NCBI GenBank assembly: GCA_001179505.1
Contig: CDMY01000378.1
Coordinates: 30,403 to 94,402, forward strand
Direction of reading: 5' to 3'
DNA: 64,000 nt
Source: Vitrella brassicaformis CCMP3155
Taxonomy: Eukaryota > Protista > Chromerida
Below, piece after piece: positions 25,836 through 38,679 of the stretch; position 1 is the stretch's first letter, and each line of letters begins with the position of its first letter. Position numbers and translations under genes: made by a program. The notes below the pieces were generated by a model. It worked only from the letters and a program-made list of their open reading frames with translations. It was not told the origin of the DNA and made no database searches.

Positions 25836-28195
25836 GCTCCCTTGGAGCAAGTGCCCCTGGACGGCGACGCGTCCCCGACCGACAATTCCCTGACGGCATC
25901 ATTCCACACCATGACCGTCACGCCACCAGAATACACACCACCACCAGGTGAGTCAAGATTGACCAACACACGGGCGAGGACACACAGGGGACACCAGTGA
26001 CCTGTCCGCCTGCCGCGTGTCTGTTCAGCAGCCGCGCCCCCCTCCCAGCCCCCGACCCGTGCGACCAAGCCGCAGCAGCAGCAGCAGCAGCAAGCCCAGG
26101 TGCCCCCACCGATGCCAGCTCCCCCCCAGCCGCAGGTGGCCCCCGCCCCCCCTCCACCGCGACAGCCACACGCACCAGACGTCCCCGCATGGGCAAGGGA
26201 CGGCTTCTTCTACCACATCTATCCGCTGGGCTTCTGCGGCGCGCCACACAACAACGACCTCACCGCTGCGCCGGAGGAGCGGCTGCTCAAGGTCATCGAC
26301 CCTGAGAAGGACGGGGGCACGTCCTGGCTGGACCACCTGGCCTCTCTGGGCGTGACGGCACTGTATATCGGTCCGCTGTTCGAGTCGTCGTTCCACGGCT
26401 ACGACACGGCCGACTACGGGAAGGTGGACCGGCGGCTGGGGACCGCCGCCACGCTCAAGAAGGTGGTAAAGGCGTGTCACGCCAAGGGCATCAAGGTGGT
26501 GGTCGACGGGGTCTTCAACCACGTGGGCCGGGACTTCTTCGCCATGAAAGACATCATCGAGAAGAAGGACAAGTCGGCGTACGTCAAGTGGATCTCTGGC
26601 GTCAAGTTCGGCAAGGCGGGCGAGGTGGAGTATGACTGCTGGCACGGGTACAAGGAGCTGCCGAAGCTCAACCTGGGCGAGAGGGAGGTGGTGGACCACC
26701 TGCTGGGCAAGGTGGGGGAGTGGATCGACGAGTACGAAATCGACGGGCTGCGGCTGGACGTGGCCTTCTGCCTCACCAAGGAGTTCCTCACCGAGCTGTC
26801 AACCGTCTGCAAGGGCAAGAAGACCGACTTCTTCCTCCTGTCCGAGGTCATCCACGACAACTACAATGAGTGAGCGAAGCGACCCGAGCCACTTAATTAG
26901 GGGGAGGACAGAGAGAGGGCGGGGAGAGGGGGGAGGCATCCAAATGAGCGCCATGTGTCTGTGCCTGTGTGTGTGTGTGTGTGTGTGTGTGGTCAGCTTT
27001 GCGTGTCAGGGCCGGACTGATTCGGTGACGAACTACGAGACGTGGAAGGGGTTTTGGTCGAGCTGCAACGACCGCAATCTGTTTGAGATTGCGCACTCAC
27101 TGCAGAGGCAATACGACCAACAGTGAGCTGACCGACCCACTGACGAAGGGAGGGAAGCTGTGACTTTGTGAACGGCTGTTGTTGGTCGTGTCTGCTGTGC
27201 AGGCATGGTTTGTTCAAGGACCTGGTCCTCTACAATTTTCTGGACAACCATGACGTCAACCGAGTGAGCACTCCACTCACTGCCCTGCCCAACACACACA
27301 CTCAACGCACACTTGAACCAACCGGTATGGACGGTTCACTGCAGATAGCGAGCCACCTGCGCGACCCGGCCCACCTGTACCCCCTTCACCTCCTGCTCTT
27401 CACCATGCCCGGCATACCCTCCATCTACTACGGCAGGCAAGACAAGACCATCGATGGCCCCACACACACGCACACACAGAGCAGCAGAGCCCTCCATCCG
27501 GCCATGCCACGTGTCTCGCCTCTCTTGCGTGGCTGCCTGCAGTGAGTTCGGTGTGCAAGGCAAGAAGGGTGTAGGGTCCCCTCCAGGCTACGACGACGCC
27601 CCCCTGCGGCCTGCCCTCACCATGGCCGAGTGTGTGGGCGGCAAGCCGCCCCGCTTCCACCCCGACCTCGTGCCCGTCATCCAGAAGGTGGCCAAGATCC
27701 GCAGCGAGAGCGCTGCACTCAAGCAGGGCAGCTACCACACCGTCCACATCGCCTCAGAGGTCTTCGCTTTCGCCAGAGTGGTCAGTTTGGCTTGTCGGCC
27801 GGCAGAGAGAGGAGGGAACGATCAACATGTGTGACGGCCACGTGTTGTCTGTCTGTGGATGGATGGAATGAAATGCAGCACGAGAGTGAGATGGTGGTTG
27901 TGGCCATCAACATATCGGGCTTCGAGAAGACCATCCCACTGCAGGCAAGTGACCTGACCCCATCTCACACACGAATTACATGACCTGCGCATAGCATACG
28001 GACTCATCGATCCGCATCTCACGCACTCCTGTGTGTCAGTTGAGCAAGGTGGCTGGCCTGACGTCGATCCCCATGGGCCCACAGAGCAAGCTGGTAGACG
28101 TGCTCAACAACGGTGACTCATTCGGGCTGCTCGACGCCGAGGAGGAGGTCACCATCTACCCCACTTGGGGCAGGATACTCAAGCTCACACTATGA
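25836..28195 (+). CDS. Pro/Gln-rich linker plus GH13 alpha-amylase/cyclomaltodextrinase-like module 2
   Basis: FFYHIYPLG; HGYDTADY; VDGVFNHVG; DGLRLDVA; SEVIHD; LDNHDV; PGIPSIYYGSEFG; WGRILKLTL-stop at 28193-28195. Confidence 0.9.
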
Positions 28196-28575
28196 GATGG
28201 AGTGGTGCGCTGTCCACTTTGGGGATGTCGCATCCACACCGCACCGCACGTCACTTCACACACATACTCGCTATTTAAGATGGCCAGCCGAGTTGGTGTG
28301 GTCTTTGCTCATGCTAGCGCTACTGAGTACCTACGGTGGGGACATGTTGGTCTGGATGGATGGATGGATGGTCGCTGTGTGGTGTGGTGTGGTGCACATT
28401 GGTGCAGCCACTAGCTAGCGAGGCAGACAGCCTTGTTGTACCTGTTTGTTTCTCCTTGTCTGATTCTGTAAGTTTTGCCGGCGAGTGTCCCTGTCCCCTG
28501 TCTGTATCAGTGAGTGCATCAACCCAATCGATGACTACTTACTTTAATGTGTATACACCTTCCTTACGCATCCGC

Positions 28576-28587
28576 CTCTCTCTCTCG

Positions 28588-28620
<33 letters not shown>

Positions 28621-28625
28621 TGTGT
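28576..28625. repeat. Compound (CT)n(TG)n microsatellite
   Basis: Read directly; representative of many intronic and intergenic microsatellites in the window. Confidence 0.85.
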
Positions 28626-29103
28626 TTACGCGTTCACTACGCCCGCACAGACGAACCGCATTGCAGTCAGTCTCCCTCACGTACTTATATCACGGTTTTG
28701 GCGTACGGTACGCAATTGATCCATCCCTCCATCCGTCTATGGACAGATCGGCAGGTAGGCAGATAGACAGATCAGCCTCGCTCGTTGCTCCGAGGTCGGT
28801 CAACGGCGCTGTCTCCTGGCCTGCCTGCATCATCCTGCTGCCCTCTGGCTGAGAGAAGGGAGACAACACCATTGACTGACGTACGAAAAGCCAGCGCCGG
28901 GGACACCATAGGGACGCCGCGGTGACGGACGGACACATACCACATTAATTTCATGCCGGTGTCCATCAATGTAATGTCAGTCAATGGATTCATCATTCAC
29001 AGTCACCCGTATCCACAGGGGCTACACACACACACTCCTTGACTGACCCCGGACGGAAAAACACACAGGGCAGCATATACAGGGTGGTCGAACAAAAATA
29101 CCT

Positions 29104-30467
29104 CTACACGACAAACGTCGTGATTGCGCGGGAAATGACAGCCTCGTCCAGGTCGTATTTCCCCAAGAAGCACCTCACCCGCGGCATTGTCACGGGGAAC
29201 CGGGCGTTGAATGGTGCGGACTTGCCGGCAGCAGGCGGCTCGGTCGTGAACAGCTCGATACCGCCCATCCCCATCATCAGATACACAGCGATGGTGTCGG
29301 TGTCTCTAAAGCCGCTGCACCCATGGAAAGACAAGCAGCACACGGACAAGGAATGGTGGCACAATCAGTCAGCAGAGAGAGGGGATCAGTTCCCCAGTGT
29401 ACCTGATGGCGATGAATCGGTAGCTGGTCTGCAAACAGTTCAGCAGGGTGAGCTGTCCTGGCAGCTCCCCAGGCAGCGCGCCCCCCATGCAGCACTCCGC
29501 CACGATGCCGTCCTCCTCCCCAACGCCATCCCGCAGCAACCTGCGATACCGATTGTCGCCTCGCTCGATCGCCGCGTGTAGCACCCTCGTCTCGGTCACA
29601 CCCTCAGCCCTGAAACGGCCCAAACAAATGAGAGGAAGGCAGTCCAAGTGCCTCATTATGTATGCGTCAGTATTCTTGTCTCTCTCACTTGTTCCAGTGC
29701 TCAAAAATGTTGCGGACTATGAAGGCCGAATAGCTGGGATACAGCGCGACGCCCTCCTGGACGGCAGGGTCTTCCGCATTGAGGCAACGGCGGTAGGGAT
29801 GCTCTGGCGGCAGTTCATCCACCACGCGCACCATTTTGAAGCGTAACGCATCGCCGATCCGAAACGCACCGCTCGTTTGCCTGCGCAACGCCTGACACAC
29901 GCAAACAGAGAGAACACACCCAAAGCCCTGTATGTCGGCGTCGGTCGGTCTGTCTGTCTGTCTGCGCATCCATACCAGGTTGGTCCCCTGATAGTTGAGC
30001 TGGTGGCCGATGATCTTCTTGTAGATGGCCATGGCGAGGGGCAGCTCGATGAAGGACGCTTTGGTGGGCAGGTAGGTCAGCACGCGGGCCGCCGTCACAA
30101 GGATGGGCATCTGCTCAGGCGTCAAGCGGTAGATGCGCGCCAGTCTGAGCGCCTTGCCCATCGCTCTCCACTCACGTCGCCCCATCCCCAGCAAGCAGGC
30201 GCACCGCAGCAGATAGCTGAACCGGCTGATGCCCTTGGGCATGGCAGGATGCCCGGCGGTGCCCCTCCGTCGCTCCACATCAATGAGGCCGACGAGACCG
30301 TTGCGACCCAGTGCGCGGTCGATGCGATGAAGGATGACATCGGCCGTGACGACGAGACTGCCGCTCCGCGAGGTGGCGCGGACGGCGAGAAGGTCCAGTA
30401 GGGCCGGCTCGTGAACGATTAGAAGAATGCGATTCAACCAAATGTCACTACCCAGCACGTGCGCCAT
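29104..30467 (-). CDS. Lineage-specific hypothetical protein, multi-exon
   Basis: ORFs 29685-30467 and 29104-29364 plus an intervening exon join via GT-AG introns, ending ...FNARFPVTMPRVRCFLGKYDLDEAVISRAITTFVV-stop. No known domain recognised. Confidence 0.65.
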
Positions 30468-30526
30468 CCCGGCCCAAGTTTTGCTTGACTGAGATCACGC
30501 TTTCCTTCGCACGTTCTGCTTTCCAA

Positions 30527-30534
30527 AGCTCGCA
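30527..30534. promoter_or_regulatory. Candidate promoter motif AGCTCGCA
   Basis: Between divergent starts 30467 and 30740. Confidence 0.4.
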
Positions 30535-30739
30535 AGAAGGCTTCTAGGGTGCTCCCTGAAACCGCTGTCGCAAAGTTTTCCAAGAGGCTTCCTTCCGCGC
30601 CCTTCAAGGTCAGAGAATGGTTCAAGACGATGAGAAGACGGCGTGGCTTGCGAGTCATCAACCGCCGAGCCTCGCGTGTGACTTCCTCTGACACCCCGGC
30701 ACTCTCTTTTTTTTGCCTGAAGCTCTCGTCACTATCCCG

Positions 30740-31066
30740 ATGGCGTCACTGGTGGACCTCGCCCATCTCTGCTGCATCCTTTCAGTATTTGGGTTCGTCC
30801 TGCTCACTCTGTGGGGCCTCCTGCTGGTGACACACTCCCCGCCCTTTGCTCTTGAGGTGGCACCGGAGCATCGCACGTCAGGCGGCATCAGCTGCATCCT
30901 GGCTGGCCTGGGGTACCTGGCGTGTCTGGTGTTGTCGTGGCGGTACATCCGGCGGTCTCGGCAGCGGCGTGGGTGGAATGGGGGCCGTGATGATGAGAGG
31001 GAGGTGGAGCTGCGGTCGCTGCTGGGGAGTGGGGGGAGGGAGAGGCCGCGCATGCCCAGCCTGTGA
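30740..31066 (+). CDS. Small two-TM protein resembling RNASEK / V-ATPase V0 subunit f
   Basis: CCILSVFGFVLLTLWGLLLVTHS...SCILAGLGY parallels the RNASEK pattern C..LS.WG...L..LG.....S...NCFIAA..Y; single exon of about 108 aa. Confidence 0.55.
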   Translation: MASLVDLAHLCCILSVFGFVLLTLWGLLLVTHSPPFALEVAPEHRTSGGISCILAGLGYLACLVLSWRYIRRSRQRRGWNGGRDDEREVELRSLLGSGGRERPRMPSL

Positions 31067-32150
31067 GTGATGAAGGAATGCCGTCGCCCGGCCAGACCAG
31101 CGTGCAGGAGGCGGCGAGCGACGGGCGGGATGGCGATGATTCATCAGGGAGTGGCGTGTCTGCCTATCCCTCCCTATGTTTATTTGTGGAGCCATCCCAT
31201 CAATCAATCGGTGCTGGTTGGGTGGGGTCGGGTCGGCTGGCTGCTTACGCGTGGCGGTGCTGATACATAGACTATAGGGATTAGCCATCCACTCTCTCTG
31301 CCGCCGCCATCTCTGTGTGCGGGTGCGGTTGGTTGGGTCAGCCCTCGTTGCTTGTCACCTGCTTCGATCTCTCGACCTTGCTGAGCATTATGCATTCCGC
31401 AATCCCATCTTATCTTGCCTTCCCTTCCCTTCCCTCCTGGCTCGCATGTGGTCTGGTTTCGACCTCGCCAATGACAGGTCGGTTGCAGCGGCAGCTTTGT
31501 GTGTGGACGGTCACAGCGTCGCACTGTCCTGCTACCTTGTCCTGTCAACTTGTGTGGTTGTAGGCTGTGAAACGAATGGCTGGCTGTGCTGCTGTCCATC
31601 TGCTGCTAGAAGAGTCAGCCAGGACAGCAATTGCTGTATGCGCAGGGCCGTGTTCTGTCTGTTGTCTTTGACACAAGCGGTGAGAGGGGGTGAGGGTGGG
31701 ATTGAATTGCATCTAATGTTGTGGGTGGCCATGAATGAGGACGCTAGCTAGCTGTATTATGAATCATCATCTCTCAATCCATCCATAGACTTGCTGAAGC
31801 CTGAATCGATCTCAACTCGTTTGAGACATTCTGACGAGCCTCTGTGTGTCCAGCCAGCCAGCCAGCCGTGTTCACAGTCACTAGCGATACACACACAACA
31901 CACGCCACTCAGTCCGGCCCACACCAGCCAGCCAGCCAAGCCCGTCTGTGTCAGCCATCCCTCCATCCCTCCATGCGCTCACCCTCTCTCTCTCACCACA
32001 ACACCTCCACTACAGCCGTAGTGTCCGCGCATACGGCTGCCTCTGTCTGTTGAGGGAGGGGTGGACGGCGAATCTGGCTTGATTTGTGCAGGCAGGTCGG
32101 TTGATTGAGAGAAGGGAGGGATGTGGATCGAAAGAGAGAAAGGGGTAGGT

Positions 32151-32182
<32 letters not shown>

Positions 32183-32491
32183 CGAGTGCATCGCGGGCAT
32201 GCCATACGAATCCATCCATCCATCCATTCATCCATCCATTCCACTTGGAAAACGGACAAGCGTTCATTCATTCGTTCGACAGCCAGCCAGCCAGCCAGCC
32301 GTTCACTGCCACTCCCCCTCTGCCCACTGCGGTCGGTATTCCCTCCCTCCCTCCCTCTCTCCCTCCCTCCCTCTCACTTTTCTCTCTTCCCTCCCTCACG
32401 TCAGTGTGTGTGTATGTAAGCCATGCGTGATGTGTGTGTGTCTCTAGAACGGTGTCTGGTGTGTATGGTGTGGTGTGGTGTGGTGTGTTGA

Positions 32492-35400
32492 TCAGTCGTC
32501 CTGGTCCTGTTCCTCCTCCTGGTCCTGCTGCTGCTGGTTGTTGCGGCGCTTGGAGGGGAAGGGCAGCAGCTCGTAGAGGCGCTCCACTATCGTCTGCTTG
32601 GTGTCCTTGCGCTTCACCTCCAACCCACGCTTCTGCACACATACACACACACACACACACACGGACGCACAGATGCACTCACTGCAGTTAAGAGGTATGT
32701 ATGATTTGTGAGAGAATAATGGTACCTACCTCCGCGAACTGGATGAGCGAGTCTTTCTTGTACATGCTGACCCAGTCCTTCATGTCCGCAGCGTGCAACG
32801 GCGTCTTCTGCACACACACAGACACAGCCACACACGCACACAACGGAGAGACGCATGCACACCTGCTTGCCCTTGTTCGTCTGTGGCTATCTCGGTGTCT
32901 GACCGGCTCGACGTCTAGTTTGGTCTTCTTCTTGGCCTGGATGGGAGGGGTGCGGTCGCCCTGCTCCTCCTGCGGCTGGGGCGAGGGGCCCTTCGCCTCG
33001 TCGTCGCTCTCCATCGGCCCCACACCAGCACCCGCCGCCGCCGCCGCCGCCGCAGCAGCAGCAGCCCCGCCCTCCTCCTGCTCATCGTCCTCATGACGAC
33101 GCTTGCCGGCACGCTTCTTGACCTATTAGATGGACAGCACCCCGCACAGACGGGGGAAATGAGTATCGTGTTCTGGTGTTGTGAATGGTTGGCTGGGCTG
33201 ATTGGTTGGTCGGAGGGTGGCTGGCCTGACCTTTTTGTCGTCCTTGTGTTGGTCGGTGCCCTTCTTGCCGCGCCTCTTGGCGGCCGCTCCGGCAACTCCA
33301 ATACCTACGCCTACGCCAGCGCCCCCCTCATGCACGCCCTCCGGCCCCGACTCCACCCCAAGCCCCTCGCCCTTCTCGCTATCCTTCTTGCCTCCACGGC
33401 CCCCCACACGACGGTCCCGCCCACGGCCGCCGCCCCTGGGCACCACGGCTGCAGCTGCCGCAGCTGCTGCGAGCGGCTCGCCGTCGTCGTCGAGTATGTC
33501 GTCCTGGCTGCCACTGGGCTTCTTGCCGACCCCCGGGGCCTTGGCCTGGTGGGGGTGGTGTTTGGGGTCGCCTCGGGCAGGTGCACCTGCCGCTGCCGCT
33601 GCCGCTGCTGCGCCAGACGGCTGTGGCATGGCACGCTCCAACTCAGCCAACTTGGTCTCCAACTGACACGACAGCACACACACATGCCCAGAGAGAGAGG
33701 GAGAGAGAGGGAGACATGGGTGTGTGGATGGATGTGTCGATGAATGCGGTGGGTTCAGGTCTTGTCTACCATAGCATGCATACCTCAGTACACTTTTTCT
33801 GCAGGTCGGTGAGATCCTTCGCTTTGCCCTCGAGCTCCCTGGCCGCCGTGTTGTACTTGTCCTCCATACGACGATACAGCTGAACAATCCAATCCAATCC
33901 ACACATACAAACAAGCATGGACGGACAGATTGCTCTGCGCATTTGTGTGTGTGTGTGTGTGTGTGTCGTATTGCCCACTGACGTCGTCGGCGGCCCTTTT
34001 CTGGTCCTCTGCCGCCTTTTTGTGCTGCTCGAGGGATTGTTTGTACTGCTCGGCCGTCCTCTGATGTGTCTCGACGGCATTGCGCAGTTCGGCACCGGCA
34101 CTCTCGACATTGCGAAGACGCTCCTGGAACTGATGAACACACAAACAAGCCTGAATGGGTGGATGGAGGGGTGGGGTGGGGTGGGTGAGAGGGGGGAGTC
34201 GGGACGTACCTCTGCGGCTTTCTTGTCTGCTTGGTGCTTAGCCTCCTGCTGCCCTTGCAGGGCCTTGCTGACCTGACCGAATGAATGGAATGGAATGGAC
34301 TACACCACACCATACATGGCAGGCCTCATGGCAGACCAGACCCGCCTTTGTTTGTTGTTTGTGTCCGCCTACATGTACCTCCTCTGCGCGTCTGTCGGCC
34401 TTGCTGAGGGCCTCTCGGAGAGCGCAGCTTTCCTTATGAACCTGGATGGACGGACACACACACACACACACATACAAGAAAAAGGTGGACACCGTTCCCC
34501 CCATTGCCCCCTGCCCACCTTCTGTGTGTCCTGGTCAGCTTTGGTCTTTGCATCGCGGGCCGCCTGCAGGTCCCTCTCCAATACGGCTACCTGGACACGC
34601 AGAGGTGGAGGGAAAAAGGCAGAGAAAACGATCAGATGAATCAGGTCTGTCGATGGCGATGAGATGCATTCATCCAGGTGTGTGTGTACCTTGTTGGTGT
34701 TGCTGCGGGCCTTCTCGAGTTGCTCGCGGAGGGCACGGCTCTGCTGCTCCAGCTGAAGAGCGACGTTAGTTAGCAACACAATGAATGGGGGCTTTCGTGG
34801 GTGTGTGACCTGTTTGGTCTCAGCCTGGGACTTCTGCGTCACCTCCGCCAATTTCAACTCGCTAGACTCGTGCAGCTGACGTACATACATACATACATAC
34901 ACACAGACAGACAGACAGACAGGAGAACGGAAATAATGTCTAGGTGTGTGCGGTGTTCTTCGTCTTCCTTCTCTCCGTTTCTTCTCACCGCTCGTATTTT
35001 GAGTTCTAGGTCCGCCTTGGCCTGGTCCATGGCCCGTGAGAGCTTCTGCTGACTCTCACGCTCAACCTGCAAAGTCACAAACACACATGGACACCCACAC
35101 AGTACCAATACCCAAATGGCGGTCCCCCTCCTCTCTGCGACAGCTAGCCTACCTGTTGGATGTGTTGTGTGTGTTGAGTCTGCAGGTCGCTGATGCGCCG
35201 CTCCAACTCGCCCTTCTCGCTAGACAGCTGCACGACAGCCACACCCACACATCCACACACACGGAGGGAGGGAGGGAGGGATGCATGCATGCATTCACCT
35301 GGGTGATCTGCTCCCGCATCTGTGTGACGGCCTCCTCCCCGACCATCTGGGCCTTGACGCGCACCAGCTCCTCCTGCAGTTCGTCGGTCTCAGCAGCCTT

Positions 35401-36375
35401 GGCACGCGCCTGACAACACACCAACACAACACGTACAGGCGTCCAGATGAATGGGGCATGAGTGAATGGATCGATGGATGGACTCATGTCGTGTTGCTTT
35501 GCTGATGTCGGCGCAGCGCGTTTTAACCTCATCGTGTTTGTGCTTGAGTTGCTCGAATTGTTTGGCGAGCTCCTCCTGCGTGGTGAGTTTGCGCTTTAGC
35601 TCACTGACCTCCTCAGCCAACACACGCGCCCGGTCGTTGGCGGCCCTCAACGCCTTCTCGTGCCTACACAAAGGAAGGATGCATGACACAACAACACATC
35701 TGTGCACGTAAAGCGGGGGGATGCTTACGCCTCCTGGATGCGGACGTTATCCGCAGCGATGATCTGGCGAATCTCGCGCTCACGATCCTTGAGGATCTTC
35801 TGCAGTGTCGCAAACAACCAACACCCCACCCCACCCCACACCACACCGCACACACATTTGATGATGGCGGGTCTAGCACTGGATGGGATGGTGCGGTGTG
35901 GTGGAGTGGCGTGCGTACGTCTTCGTATAGTTTGCGCGTTTCGTAGTCGGACCAGGCCATGACGTTGTTCCACTGCTGGTTCACCAGCCGCAGGTGGCCG
36001 TCGTAACCGTACTGCAAACACACCACAAAAGGACCCATCCATCCATCCATCCATCCATGAGACACATCATGCAGATGAATCCGACCATCCAATGGATGCA
36101 TCCCGTCCCCTCTGCCCCCTCACCTCGTCGTGGAGCTGCACGTGCCGTTTCGCCCACTCCGCAGGCGGCACGATGTCATCCTTGGGACGAGTGACGACCA
36201 TCCCCAGGATGCGGTCCGACTCGGTGGTGGCGCGGGCAGCCTGAGGCTGGCCCTGAGCCTGATTCTGAGAGATGAGCTGGCGGGCATCCTGCGTCGACGC
36301 CGACAGCGAAGCCTCCTGCGACTGTTGGCGTGGCCGGGCCAGGCTGGGTACTGCTCCCAAGGTGGAAGGCAACAT
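32492..36375 (-). CDS. Long coiled-coil protein with low-complexity basic/acidic tail and a SAP/HeH-like C-terminal motif, many exons
   Basis: Successive heptad-rich exons (HEKALRAANDRARVLAEEVSELKRKL..., LYRRMEDKYNTAARELEGKAKDL...); Ala runs; KRRGKK and KKKTK; end YKKDSLIQFAE/KRGLEVKRKDTKQTIVERLYELL. Confidence 0.7.
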
Positions 36376-36626
36376 AGCGATAGAAACGAGTTCAGCAGAA
36401 ACTTAACGCATCCTCCTCGCCCCCCTGGCTCGCACCGTTTTCCGGGGAGTTTACCAAGCAGGGCCTTGGGATTCATCGCACGGGCAGTCGTTTCGGTGTG
36501 TGGATGGAGGGTAAGGAGCCTGCTGTAATATGCGTCCACAGGCCCGGCGCATCTCTGTATTTTCTCTGTTGGTGTGTTGGTGGCGGCTGAGTGAGAGGTC
36601 CAGAGATCTCCGGCGTGCGAACAAAG

Positions 36627-36670
36627 ATGACGCGTGATCTGCTGCCGTACACGTGCCCGCCCCCCGGCGC

Positions 36671-36704
<34 letters not shown>

Positions 36705-38679
36705 AAGGAGGGGCAGAAACGCGCGGGGCTCAACCCAGATGCGCCGCCCTTTCTGTTCCCCAGCCACAGCCACACTGCAGCGACCACCAGCACCATCCCA
36801 GAAAAGGCCACACCGCCCGGCAAGCAGCCACAGGACCATTACTACCTGAGCCAACACGAGCTGCCCCTGTTCAGAACGGTCAGCAGGTCTTGTTTGCGTA
36901 TCGGGTGGATGGATGGACCGTATGTGTGCAATGTGTCTGTCATGTGTCAGTTGGTGTGCGAGGAGTATCGTATCTACGGCTGGTGTGCCCGTGGGGCTGA
37001 CCGGTGCCCACACAGCCACTGCCTGGCGTGGCAGCGACGCAACCCGCAGGTCGTTCCATACGGGTGGGTCAGCAGCACCAATGACGCACACACATACATG
37101 GAGTGATGAAATGGGAAACAGGGCGTGCGCATCCATCTCTAAGAGATGTGTGTGTGTGTGTGTGTGTGTGTGCGCAGGTTCGAGCTGTGTCCGTACATAT
37201 CGTTTGTGAAGAAGGATGGCAAGATGCGCCTCATCAACGACTGCAGACGCAAAAGATGGGTAGGCCATTGAGCGGGGGGAGGGGAGAGGGGGGGGCAGAG
37301 AGCAGAGCAAAGGCACGAACGTATACACACGTGCCGACTTGATATGTTGTGTCACTGCGGTCGATGGGCGTCTGTCTGTCTGTTTGCGTGTGCCTGTGCG
37401 TGTGCGGTGCAGTGCAAGTATTCGCACACCAAGGAGGAGCAGCTGTACCACCCCAGCACGTACAAGACCAAGTACTGCCAGGCATCGCCATGCACACGAT
37501 TCTTCTGCCCGTTCGGTCGGTACCACAAACAACACATATCACTCACGCATACAGACGACAACAAACAGCACAACACACAAACCTCCTTGCTTCTTCCCCT
37601 CCTGCATCAATCCATCAGCCCACAGTGAGGCGGAGTTGCGCAGCAGCGAAAACGACGCCTACCAGTCGCCAGAAGTGCCACTCCCTCCGCCACCCCCACC
37701 CCCACCACCCCCTCCCCCTCCCCCTCCCGTGACACAGATCGACAACACATACACCACCATAGACAGCCCGGCCATGGACGACAGCACGCCCTTCTCCTAC
37801 CCCTCCAGCATGCCGATGCGCGGTGGCGGGGTGTTCGGCATGCATGGTGCGGGCAACAATGTGGTCAGTGTGGGGGCGCGGGGGGGGACGGGTGTATCGG
37901 GGCTGGGGATGGGGGAAGGTCTGGGAGGGGGGTATGCATGCGGCTATGGGAATGATGGTTATCGCGGGTATCCTGACCCCCCTCCCCCCAAGTATGCCTT
38001 TGTGCACTTTCGCAAGCCGGGGGACGCAGTGCCGCCCCCCTATGAATACGATCCACGGAAGGTGCACACCAGGGGAGGGAGCACCAGGGGAGGGAGGGAG
38101 GGAAGAAACAGCGAGAGACAGACAGAGAAAAGAAAGAGCCGCAGGTTGGTTGCTATGCTATTCTGATTTTGTGTTGGTTGGTCTCTGATCTCTGCTCTGC
38201 AATGAGTGCAGGATCCAGCGATAGCTCAGAAGCCAGTAATGCGGATGGACAAGCGGACGGACAAGCGTGCCGCCGCACCACCCAAGCCACGGACCAGCAG
38301 CAACACCCCCCGCCCCCCGTCCACACACCGACCCATCACGACCACCAGCAGCACCAGCCATTACTCGGCCTACTCGACTGCGAGCCACACGCCCTTCCCC
38401 GAGATGCAGTTGCAGGTGCAGCAGGACCAGGACCACACCCACTCCCACCACAAGCACCTGCCGGCCATCAGAGAGACCGTCGGCACCACTGACGGCGGCA
38501 CAACAATGGCATTGGGGTGTGTGTCTCTGCCGTATGGGGCGCTCAAGGCCAACATGGTGGAGCCGGCAGGGGAGGAGGATAGCAACAGCAGCCATAGCAG
38601 CAATGAAGAGATAGACGAGCACATAGAAGCTGACGACGGCGAGTGGACCGATGTGGGCGGGGAGGAGGAGACACACTAG
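36627..38679 (+). CDS. Unkempt-like CCCH zinc-finger RNA-binding protein with a PAM2-like motif
   Basis: [65 protein letters not shown].EAELR (Unkempt-type fingers); poly-Q, poly-P and an acidic tail. Confidence 0.8.

Noticed and set aside
31100-32480. Long intergenic tract with many short ORFs
   Set aside because: Dominated by (GA)n, (CCAT)n, (CCAG)n and (CCCT)n microsatellites between two convergent gene ends; no coding, RNA-gene or transposon signature seen.
36120-37535. 471-aa minus-strand ORF
   Set aside because: Runs antisense through exons and microsatellite introns of the CCCH gene and is low complexity; it only overlaps a real gene at its 3' end.
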